Shown here: positions 49,806 through 56,908 of the stretch, one piece after another | Layout: each line of letters begins with the position of its first letter | Numbering within the stretch: position 1 is the first letter of the stretch | DNA from: a virus | Taxonomy: Duplodnaviria > Caudoviricetes | Direction: 5' to 3' (one strand) | Virus record (IMG/VR): IMGVR_UViG_3300008122_000003 | Span: 1-58,387 of that record | Length of the DNA stretch: 58,387 bases | Notes under the pieces: model-generated | Databases searched by the model: none | What the model was told of the DNA's origin: nothing | Seen by the model: only the letters and a program-made list of their open reading frames with translations | Position numbers and translations under genes: made by a program

Positions 49806-50053
49806 TTTTCGAGGCCCTCCGACATGAATGAGACGGGCTGACCATTCAGCCTGTCGATGCCCATGGCCGTCAAGTCGGAGATACCGGATGCCGAGACGAT
49901 CGATGAGCCATCCCAGTGGCTGAATCGGTAAGTGGCTCGTATGCCGCCGCAGCGAGAGCATCTGATCTTGTCACCGGGCTTCAATACATTTTTGGCCCGA
50001 TCTGTCGCTTTTCGGTATTGCTCGATTTTCTCAGCGCGTTCTTCTTCTGTCAT
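49802..50053 (-). CDS. Hypothetical protein
   Basis: Coupled ORF. Confidence 0.65.
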   Translation of the reverse strand: MTEEERAEKIEQYRKATDRAKNVLKPGDKIRCSRCGGIRATYRFSHWDGSSIVSASGISDLTAMGIDRLNGQPVSFMSEGLEK

Positions 50054-50424
50054 TTTTCGAACCTCATTATTGCGTGGCCCACCAGTTGGCTGTCGGGCAT
50101 GACAGATACCAAGCGGCCTGATATTTTACGCTGGCCGTTTTTACGGCGATGGTTATCTAGCACTTCGTTTTTCAAGCGGAGTCTCATGTCCAGGTCTGTT
50201 CGGTATTGATATTCTGGGATGCCGCGTTCGCATCGCAAAACATAACACTCTCGGTTAAAGGCCTTGAACTCATCCGGGCTTAGTTTTAGCTCTGGGATGA
50301 AAAACGGCTTGTGGGTATCCTCCAGGGTAGCCAGCTCTTCCTTGAGACCGTCCAGCTCGCCTTGGGTCTTGCGGATGGCGTCGCGCAGCATGTCACGGCG
50401 CATGGTGTACTCTTGATCAGTCAT
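50050..50424 (-). CDS. Hypothetical protein
   Basis: RBS GGAG; ATG 50424 overlaps upstream stop. Confidence 0.6.
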   Translation of the reverse strand: MTDQEYTMRRDMLRDAIRKTQGELDGLKEELATLEDTHKPFFIPELKLSPDEFKAFNRECYVLRCERGIPEYQYRTDLDMRLRLKNEVLDNHRRKNGQRKISGRLVSVMPDSQLVGHAIMRFEK

Positions 50425-50768
50425 TGCTCGCTCCGGTTGCAGGTGATCAGGGAGTAGACCACCACGCGGCCGTCGCCGGTGATCATCTCGCCTGTGGATT
50501 GGTTGTAGCGCAGGCCTGTCTTCTCGGCCGCACGCTTGATGGCGCCGCCCGCTGTGCATTTGAGGTTGTAGCGCACTTTGGACAGCTCGTCCTTCAGGTC
50601 GCACAGGCGGACGGTGCCTTCCAGTTGGCGGGTAATGTAGTGCAGCTCGCCGGGGCTAAGGCCCAGGATGGCCGTCATGTGCTTGCCCGGGCGTCCGCCC
50701 ATCGACGGGGTGACATCCACGTCACTCTCGATGGGGGCCGTCAGGTCATGCAGGTCTTGGTTGGGCAT
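50421..50768 (-). CDS. Hypothetical protein (first gene of leftward early operon)
   Basis: RBS AGGAG downstream of promoter. Confidence 0.7.
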   Translation of the reverse strand: MPNQDLHDLTAPIESDVDVTPSMGGRPGKHMTAILGLSPGELHYITRQLEGTVRLCDLKDELSKVRYNLKCTAGGAIKRAAEKTGLRYNQSTGEMITGDGRVVVYSLITCNRSEQ

Positions 50769-50795
50769 ATTCGTTCTCCTGTTTCGTTGGGAGTA

Positions 50796-50826
50796 AAGGT
50801 ATTGCTTTCCGAACTGTTAGTCAAAC
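50796..50826 (-). promoter_or_regulatory. Early promoter TTGACT-N17-TACCTT with shared core
   Basis: GTTTGACTAACAGTTC on the minus strand. Confidence 0.75.
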
Positions 50827-50850
50827 TGTTTTATTTATTTATTTGAGGGG

Positions 50851-50880
50851 TTGACACGACGGCGGCATGGCGGCAATACT
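50851..50880 (+). promoter_or_regulatory. Rightward promoter TTGACA-N18-AATACT with AT-rich UP-like element
   Basis: Perfect -35; back-to-back with leftward promoter; no RBS-led ORF follows. Confidence 0.6.
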
Positions 50881-50886
50881 TGCCTC

Positions 50887-51280
50887 ATCCAAACAGGATA
50901 TCCCCGACAAGGATAGAAAGGAGAGTGATCCTATCTCAAGCTGGTGGCATTCCAGTAAGCTCGAAGCCATGTCGAACGACAGCGCGACGAGCACACAACT
51001 GAGGTTGCATTGGGCGTGGTGGCGTTACCACTCTAAACAACGCGGCTTTCAAGGCTTCCATGAAGTTGGAGTCCTCGGGCCACTCCGGTGCAACCTCAGT
51101 TGTGGTGAAAGAGCTTTACCGACAGACCCTGTCAGCGGGATGACACAGGGCGCTTGCATCAAGGTGAAAAGGGTAGACGTGGACGTGCCGTGATCCGCAA
51201 CGGTTGGAAACCACGCACAAGGGCCGCCAAACGGCAGAAGATGCCATCGCAACAAGAAAGCCCTCTTACGAGGGCTTTTT
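50887..51280 (+). ncRNA. Putative ~390-nt structured non-coding RNA of unknown family
   Basis: Own promoter and terminator; perfect 16-bp long-range helix 50994-51009/51089-51104; many nested hairpins. Confidence 0.7.
51257..51280. terminator. Bidirectional terminator
   Basis: AAAGCCCTC-TTAC-GAGGGCTTT-TT. Confidence 0.85.
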
Positions 51281-51294
51281 CCTATCCGCAGTTC

Positions 51295-51600
51295 TCACTT
51301 CTTACTCAACGCGCAGTAGGCGATGATCTTCACCGCCAGGCGCTCGGCCAATACCATCTGCTGGGGGTTGAACTGCCCCGACTGCATGATCCCGACCAGG
51401 CCCATCAAGTTGCCCATGGCCTTCAGGTCGGCCATGGCGGACTGCATGATCTGCTGGGGGTTATGCCCTTCCTTGATGATGGACACCGCCCTGTCTCGCA
51501 AACCATCCGCCACGTCGATCGCCGGTCCGTACTGGGTATCAGTCGGCAGGGCTTGCGGCGGCTGCAGGTCGCTTGCTTGCAACTGCATGCTCTGCTCCAT
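51295..51600 (-). CDS. Hypothetical Gln/Met-rich helical protein
   Basis: RBS GAGG; two NPQQ repeats. Confidence 0.65.
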   Translation of the reverse strand: MEQSMQLQASDLQPPQALPTDTQYGPAIDVADGLRDRAVSIIKEGHNPQQIMQSAMADLKAMGNLMGLVGIMQSGQFNPQQMVLAERLAVKIIAYCALSKK

Positions 51601-52078
51601 CCTCGTCCTCCTGCGTCACGGTGGTGTCTGTCTCGACAGGGTACGGGCGCACCGGCTCCCGCTCGACGCTCGCTCCCGGCTGACCGGCAGGTGCCTGGCC
51701 GATACCGAGGTAGCCCTGCACGAACGCCTCGCCGAAGTTGCCGCCCTCCCGCACGTAGACGTGCATGTTCATCACGTCGCGGGGGCCCATCAGCATCGGG
51801 TCGAAGTCCATGTTGTGGAACCCGATATAGACGATGTCCATCGGCTTTTCGAGGGTGCCCGGGTGCGGCATCATGGTGCCGGCCACGTAGTAGGCCCAGA
51901 GATCCTTGGACACCTGGACTTTACTGCGCACTGACGGGGCGACACGACCGTGGTCAAACACCACTGACCCATCCTCGGCGTTCTTGCGCAGTGCGTATAT
52001 GGCACCGTTGACCATGAAGCGGTCGGGGGGCGATCGCTTGAGCTGCGTGACACCCATTCCTTGCATCAGGTTGTTCAT
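51539..52078 (-). CDS. Hypothetical protein
   Basis: ATG overlaps the stop of the 27-aa ORF. Confidence 0.7.
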   Translation of the reverse strand: MNNLMQGMGVTQLKRSPPDRFMVNGAIYALRKNAEDGSVVFDHGRVAPSVRSKVQVSKDLWAYYVAGTMMPHPGTLEKPMDIVYIGFHNMDFDPMLMGPRDVMNMHVYVREGGNFGEAFVQGYLGIGQAPAGQPGASVEREPVRPYPVETDTTVTQEDEDGAEHAVASKRPAAAASPAD

Positions 52079-52158
52079 CCGTTAATCCATCCCATTGGTC
52101 TGAAGAGGAAATACTCCGCGAACCAGTTCGCGAGCACGTTGATTATGAAGTTAATCAT
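52075..52158 (-). CDS. 27-aa hydrophobic peptide MINFIINVLANWFAEYFLFRPMGWING
   Basis: Not in ORF track; RBS GAGGA; overlaps both neighbours. Confidence 0.6.
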   Translation of the reverse strand: MINFIINVLANWFAEYFLFRPMGWING

Positions 52159-52435
52159 GATCGTTGTCCTCTTTTGGGCAGGTCATTTTGTGCGCGGCGC
52201 ACAAACAAGCGGCGGCCAGGTCCACCAGCTCCTTGATGATCTGCGGGTGGGTGCCGCTGGCCCGCATCTCTTTGAGCTCGGCGTGCTCCATCTCGATGAT
52301 GTCGAACAGGCCATGCCTCTGTCCCATGTACGGGGCCCACGTGAGAGGGGGCTTCTCGGCTCGCTCCTCGATCTCGTGCAGGGTGCGGGCGTAGCTGTCA
52401 TGCTTTTTACCGTGGATAACCAGAATGCGTTTCAT
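52151..52435 (-). CDS. Hypothetical all-alpha protein, weak MazG-like pattern
   Basis: RBS AGGAG; IIEME..EL.E ... KELVDLAA. Confidence 0.65.
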   Translation of the reverse strand: MKRILVIHGKKHDSYARTLHEIEERAEKPPLTWAPYMGQRHGLFDIIEMEHAELKEMRASGTHPQIIKELVDLAAACLCAAHKMTCPKEDNDHD

Positions 52436-52448
52436 GCTCTTCTCCTGT

Positions 52449-52477
52449 AAAAACGGGTGCCCGTTTCCGGACACCCG
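52449..52477 (-). terminator. Intra-operon terminator after the CCCET gene
   Basis: CGGGTGTCCG-GAAA-CGGGCACCCG-TTTTT. Confidence 0.8.
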
Positions 52478-52531
52478 CTGATCGTTATTGTTTGGCCTTC
52501 GCCTTAACCGGAGCTGGTGCCGGGGCAGGCG

Positions 52532-53191
52532 TTACACCTTTAAAGGCAGGTGGGCCAGCACGGTCTGGATGATCTGCTGGGTCTGGGCGGCTTGGCTGCC
52601 CGCCAGGTAGATCTGGCTTTCCAGTTGGGCGTTCTTGGACTTGCTGTCGCACAGCTGGGTCTGCAGGTCAGTGATCAGGTTCTGCTGGATCAGCTGACGG
52701 GTTGCCGCGCCTTCAGCGGCGATCGACTTCTGAGTCTCGCAGCAGCACTGGGACATCTGGGTCTGAAGGCTGTTGATGCTGGCTTGCATGGCGAAGCGGT
52801 TGTCGTTAGCACTGGACACGATTGCCGTGTTCAGACCGGCGAAGCCTTGGGTCAAGGCGTTGGTCTGGGTGGCCTGGGACTGCAGGGTTTGGAAACCCAG
52901 GTCAGTGATCCCGGCGTTCAGGCCGGTGTAGACGTTGGACAACCCGCTACACAACGCCATGTTGGTGCCGTTCTGGCCTTGGACTACCTGCAGGCCGACG
53001 TTGTTCACCGCTTCCAGGATCGGGGCGGTGGAGAGGGCTTCGGCGGCAACCACACCTGCGCCTGCACCGCGGCCACCCGGACCCCAGCCATTGCCGAACC
53101 AGGAACCAACGAATGCACCCAGGGCCGCAGCACCGCCAGAGCCCCAGCCAGAATCACCGGTGGAGACCGGCAGCATGGTCATATCAGTCAT
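52532..53191 (-). CDS. Gly-rich N-terminus / long coiled-coil 'CCCET' protein
   Basis: RBS GGAG; GAAALGAFVGSWFGNGWG, heptad Q/N/A/T-rich body, QCCCETQ. Confidence 0.85.
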   Translation of the reverse strand: MTDMTMLPVSTGDSGWGSGGAAALGAFVGSWFGNGWGPGGRGAGAGVVAAEALSTAPILEAVNNVGLQVVQGQNGTNMALCSGLSNVYTGLNAGITDLGFQTLQSQATQTNALTQGFAGLNTAIVSSANDNRFAMQASINSLQTQMSQCCCETQKSIAAEGAATRQLIQQNLITDLQTQLCDSKSKNAQLESQIYLAGSQAAQTQQIIQTVLAHLPLKV

Positions 53192-53257
53192 ACAATCTCT
53201 CCATGAGAAAAAGGGCGTGACACTATTGCCACGCCATGATCGTATGACTGTCGATCA

Positions 53258-53491
53258 CTATGCGGTGATCGCCTTGTCCGCTTTTGGTCCCGTTTCGACC
53301 AGATCTGGATTACTCCAGATTATGTCCTCCTTTATCGTGAGTACCCCTCGCATTGAACAGTTGCTGCACTTCAGTGTCTGCAACCGCTCTACGTGATGAT
53401 CATCTCGACTCGGCGTGATGGATTTCGCCACGTGCACAGCATGCCCGCAAGCCGGGCAAGTGCGTTTCGGCTGTCGTGCTTTGGTCTCCAT
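53258..53491 (-). CDS. Zn-ribbon protein
   Basis: CPAC...CSNC; RBS AGGAAG. Confidence 0.6.
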   Translation of the reverse strand: METKARQPKRTCPACGHAVHVAKSITPSRDDHHVERLQTLKCSNCSMRGVLTIKEDIIWSNPDLVETGPKADKAITA

Positions 53492-53576
53492 TCTGTCTTC
53501 CTTGCAGGCCTCGTATGGCCCGCTGTCAGTCTACCTGCAAAACAGATCAGCCTGTTGTGTCGTCGAAGTAAAAAGT

Positions 53577-53607
53577 GTTTGACTAACGAATCGTTATACC
53601 TTATCTT
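53577..53607 (+). promoter_or_regulatory. Early promoter TTGACT-N17-TATCTT with shared core
   Basis: GTTTGACTAACGAATCGTTA. Confidence 0.8.
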
Positions 53608-53664
53608 GAACTCATCGGGTGAACGTCAGCCCGACAACATCGCCAAGTAAGGAGTTACCGTTTC

Positions 53665-54072
53665 ATGGATCGCTATCAACAACGCATTCGCTACAAACGA
53701 GGTGCACCGGTTTACCCGGATGGCAAGAACCGCAACGCTGCACGGATCGCCAAGCTGGCCAAGCGCTTGGTGCGTGACCTGGAAGACCTGGGCGCTTACA
53801 TCTACCACACCGGTATTTACGGCAGCACCTATGTCAAGTTCACTCATCCACGCCTCGGATCACTGAGGATCGCAGATCACCCTGGCCGGGAGAATTACAG
53901 CTACCGATGGAACCTAGACCTGTCGATCGATGAGGCCTACCAAGACCAACATATCGGCAAGACCCGTTACCACTTCCCGCTGCACGGCCGCGACGACTTC
54001 GTGGCCCAGATCCGGGAGTACGCCAAGCAAGTCCAGGAGGGATTCAATGATGACGCACTGTGGAACGACTGA
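53665..54072 (+). CDS. Hypothetical protein
   Basis: RBS AAGGAG; S.YVKF....GSLRIADH.G..NY.YRWNL. Confidence 0.75.
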   Translation: MDRYQQRIRYKRGAPVYPDGKNRNAARIAKLAKRLVRDLEDLGAYIYHTGIYGSTYVKFTHPRLGSLRIADHPGRENYSYRWNLDLSIDEAYQDQHIGKTRYHFPLHGRDDFVAQIREYAKQVQEGFNDDALWND

Positions 54073-54427
54073 TAGCTGCATGTGCCTGAGTGAGGCCTAC
54101 CACGATGCCTTGTTCAACCACTGGGCCATCGCTCACGGGCTCGGATTCGACTTCTGCAAGGCGGTGCAGGACAGCGGATGGGATTACTGGACGGCGGAAG
54201 GGGACGCCTTCACGTTCGACCTGGCGCTGACCTACATGGATGGTCGGCCAATGCCTTTCGTCGCATGCTGTGATTCACTGGCGCGGCGAGACCGGCTGGC
54301 CGAGCGGGTGGTGCGCTACTACGGCGCTTACCTGCTGGCGGTACCGCCTGAGAGCGCTAAAGGGAAGGCTGTCGTGTGTGGCTGCGGGGTGACCACTGTT
54401 TTCGAGGAGGACGAATGGGAACTGTAA
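54047..54427 (+). CDS. Hypothetical Cys-containing protein
   Basis: RBS AGGAGG; ends EEDEWEL. Confidence 0.6.
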   Translation: MMTHCGTTDSCMCLSEAYHDALFNHWAIAHGLGFDFCKAVQDSGWDYWTAEGDAFTFDLALTYMDGRPMPFVACCDSLARRDRLAERVVRYYGAYLLAVPPESAKGKAVVCGCGVTTVFEEDEWEL

Positions 54428-55032
54428 ACGCAAAGCGGGACGCCAAGATCGTGGCCCTGCATGACAAAGGATTGTCGACTCGGCAGATCATGGCGGAGAT
54501 CGGTATGAGTCAGTCCACGGTGCGGGTAGCGCTTTATCAGGCACACCGGATCCCCGACCACAGTATCGCCCGCCTGGGTGACCAGTTCGACACGGTGGTG
54601 CAGGGATGGAACGATGGGTTGACGGTGCCGCAGCTGGCTAAGCTGGTGGGCAAGACCCCCGACTCTATGAAGTGGATCGTGATCATCATGCGGGCCTACG
54701 GGCACATCAACGAACGTCCGCAGGTGCCGGTGAACAAGGGCAAACACATGCCGCTGCGCAAGAAGCATCAAGAGGTATACGACCGACTGGTGGTCTTGCC
54801 GGGATGGGAGAAGATGAAGCGGGGAGACTTGGCGGCGGCCCTGAAGATGCCGGTCAACGTGTTCATCATTTACTGGCGAGTGTTTCGCAACCGTGGGCTG
54901 GTGGGCCCGAAAGCCAACGGCCACATTAAAGGGTCTGCGGCGGATGTCAGGGCGGTGTCCCGCCAGTTGTCAGCTCGGGCGGATAATGGTCAGAACTTAT
55001 GGGCGCTTGCCCTGGGGCGGAGGACTACATGA
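54415..55032 (+). CDS. Multi-HTH putative DNA-binding protein
   Basis: RDAKIVALHDKGLSTRQIM.EIGMSQSTV HTH, second GLTVPQLAKLVGK HTH. Confidence 0.7.
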   Translation: MGTVNAKRDAKIVALHDKGLSTRQIMAEIGMSQSTVRVALYQAHRIPDHSIARLGDQFDTVVQGWNDGLTVPQLAKLVGKTPDSMKWIVIIMRAYGHINERPQVPVNKGKHMPLRKKHQEVYDRLVVLPGWEKMKRGDLAAALKMPVNVFIIYWRVFRNRGLVGPKANGHIKGSAADVRAVSRQLSARADNGQNLWALALGRRTT

Positions 55033-55109
55033 GGGGTTGTCTGATTTTGATGGTAGCGTGTGCGGCGATCGCCGTGCTGTTTATGACAATGGCCGAGATG
55101 TCGGTCTGA
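55029..55109 (+). CDS. 26-aa hydrophobic peptide
   Basis: RBS GGAGG, ATGA coupling; MRGCLILMVACAAIAVLFMTMAEMSV. Confidence 0.45.
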   Translation: MRGCLILMVACAAIAVLFMTMAEMSV

Positions 55110-55121
55110 AGGAGATGGCCA

Positions 55122-55298
55122 ATGACACCTTTCAAGGTAAGCGTGCATCGGTATTACGGGGAAGACGGCTACAAGAAGCCGAGCGTGGTGGCGACGTTCT
55201 TATTGGAAGCGATTGATTGCGAGATCGCTGAAGAATTGGCGCAGTCCATGGTTTATCAAATGCCGGAAGTTTTTGTGATAGTCGAGGAGACTTTATGA
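55122..55298 (+). CDS. Hypothetical protein (58 aa, MTPFKVSVHRYY...)
   Basis: Not in ORF track; RBS AAGGAG; stop overlaps next ATG. Confidence 0.6.
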   Translation: MTPFKVSVHRYYGEDGYKKPSVVATFLLEAIDCEIAEELAQSMVYQMPEVFVIVEETL

Positions 55299-55729
55299 AC
55301 GTTGAACAGATGAGCGTGGCCGACCTGCTGCGCGAGGGTAAGCAGGCAATGGCGCTCGCCATGGGTAGTGTTGGGCCTGAGACACGGGATCGCTGGGCGG
55401 CTGTGACGGCGGAGATCGACTTGCGGTTGTCGGTGGGTGACCTCGATGAGGATGACTTGGAGGGGCGGGTGCAGGCTGCCGTTAAAGCCGCGGTCGAGGC
55501 TGCACAGATGGCTGTGGCCGACAAGAACGCCGCTTTGAAAGAGTTGGCCAAGGTGATCGCAGAGCGGGACTACGCCAAGCGGCAGATCAGCAACAACTCG
55601 ACAAACCTGCAGTTCGTGCAGGAGGAGTTCAACAAGAACCACCCTGCCCTGGTTGGTGAGTGGGGGTCTGACTTGTCTCGCGGCGCCATGGTGTTGTGGG
55701 CATGGGCAAAGGAGAACGGCCATGTCTGA
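55295..55729 (+). CDS. Hypothetical coiled-coil protein
   Basis: RBS GAGGAG. Confidence 0.7.
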   Translation: MNVEQMSVADLLREGKQAMALAMGSVGPETRDRWAAVTAEIDLRLSVGDLDEDDLEGRVQAAVKAAVEAAQMAVADKNAALKELAKVIAERDYAKRQISNNSTNLQFVQEEFNKNHPALVGEWGSDLSRGAMVLWAWAKENGHV

Positions 55730-56060
55730 GTTCGAATCGGGGTTTATTGTTGGGTGGGTCGCCGGTGTTGTTGCCTCTGGCGCGGTAGCGGGGGCCCTTG
55801 ACTGGTGGCGGGCGCGGAACAGGGTGGTAACCATTCACACGGGGTATCAACCCTGTGCAACGAAGGCGCAGGATGACGCTTTCGGGGCAGATGTGGTTGT
55901 TCCGAAAAAGGGGCCGGCCGGTAAAGTGGAGTGCTGTGTATGCGACGGTACCGGTGTGCGGCCATATTTCCCCGGTGGGTTGTACCGAGGGCCTAACAAG
56001 ATCCCGTGCGGGTTGTGCAAAGGGACAGGCTGGATGACACCGCCGCCCAAGAAACCGTGA
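55722..56060 (+). CDS. Membrane-anchored protein with DnaJ-type Zn finger
   Basis: N-terminal TM; two CxxCxGxG motifs; RBS AAGGAG. Confidence 0.7.
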   Translation: MSEFESGFIVGWVAGVVASGAVAGALDWWRARNRVVTIHTGYQPCATKAQDDAFGADVVVPKKGPAGKVECCVCDGTGVRPYFPGGLYRGPNKIPCGLCKGTGWMTPPPKKP

Positions 56061-56146
56061 TGGCGTTTGATCAAGAGCTGGCCCGGACGCTCATCGAGCT
56101 GATGTACCTCCGGGCCTATACAGCAGTTCATTGTGATAGTTGAGAG

Positions 56147-56365
56147 GTGATTGATATGGCTGAGTGGGTTTTAATCTTTTTTATATCTTATGGGTTCGGT
56201 CAGTCTGCTAGTCCGAAAGAAGGCATTGTTTATCAGAACAAAGAAGACTGCATGGAACAATTGCGTGTTATAAAGCAGATCGCCAAAGAAAATGATGGAA
56301 GGTTATATTCGGCATATTGCAAACCTAAACTAGAAAATATTGAACAGTTGGCCCAGGGTAAATAG
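56147..56365 (+). CDS. Hypothetical exported protein (low GC)
   Basis: WVLIFF signal-like start, two Cys; start may be 56156. Confidence 0.6.
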   Translation: MIDMAEWVLIFFISYGFGQSASPKEGIVYQNKEDCMEQLRVIKQIAKENDGRLYSAYCKPKLENIEQLAQGK

Positions 56366-56433
56366 CAAAAAGCCTGTGCCAATTTTCCAGTTCAAGGTGG
56401 GTGACCCGCTCTAACCCGTCCACCAGCAAGACA

Positions 56434-56462
56434 AAGGCCCGCCACTGTGCGGGCTTTCTTTT
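56434..56462 (+). terminator. Terminator, near-identical to 58217-58245
   Basis: GCCCGC-loop-GCGGGC-TTTCTTTT. Confidence 0.8.
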
Positions 56463-56485
56463 TGCCGGGTGATCACCAGGGCGGT

Positions 56486-56611
56486 CTTCAACCGGCGAGA
56501 CCTGCGAAGTAAGAACGACGACCGTTGGCCTGACCTTCAACCGGCGAGGTCTCCGAAGTAAGGCCGGTGCCCTGGGCGCACGGCTTCAGCCTGTTGGGTT
56601 GCCGAAGTAAG
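56486..56611. repeat. Three 28-bp CTTCA-N14-CGAAGTAAG repeats with 49-bp period
   Basis: Copies start at 56486, 56535, 56584. Confidence 0.75.
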
Positions 56612-56822
56612 CGGCGGACATTTGATGGCCGATCACCTGAAAAATTTATAGAGGATGGGGTTTTGAAGTAGGGGCGGGAGGGCTGAAATGCGTTGTAGCA
56701 CGGGGTTGATGGGCTACAGGTGGTTGTTACACGGGACGGACGTGCTAGATGAGGTGATCTGGATTTGCCTTATAAAGAAGGGATCCGGCTGGCTGATTAT
56801 TTTCGAAAAAGTTTTTAAAAGA

Positions 56823-56853
56823 GTTTGACTAACGAATCGTTAGTGATTAATCT
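56823..56853 (+). promoter_or_regulatory. Early promoter TTGACT-N17-TAATCT with perfect palindrome ACTAACGA-A-TCGTTAGT
   Basis: Read directly; AT-rich upstream element. Confidence 0.85.
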
Positions 56854-56908
56854 TGTCTACATCGAAACGGCGGAATGGTTCGCCAGTTAATCAGAAGGAA
56901 ACGAAATC

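Noticed and set aside
50867-51193. 108-aa ORF over the putative ncRNA
   Set aside because: Start codon lies inside the promoter spacer with no RBS; product is not protein-like
50887-51280. CsrB/RsmZ-like GGA sponge interpretation
   Set aside because: Only about seven GGA motifs in ~390 nt, near chance, and few in short hairpin loops
56486-56611. CRISPR mini-array or RNA anti-CRISPR
   Set aside because: Repeat cores diverge, spacers are only 21 bp, no I-F/I-E type stem and no cas operon
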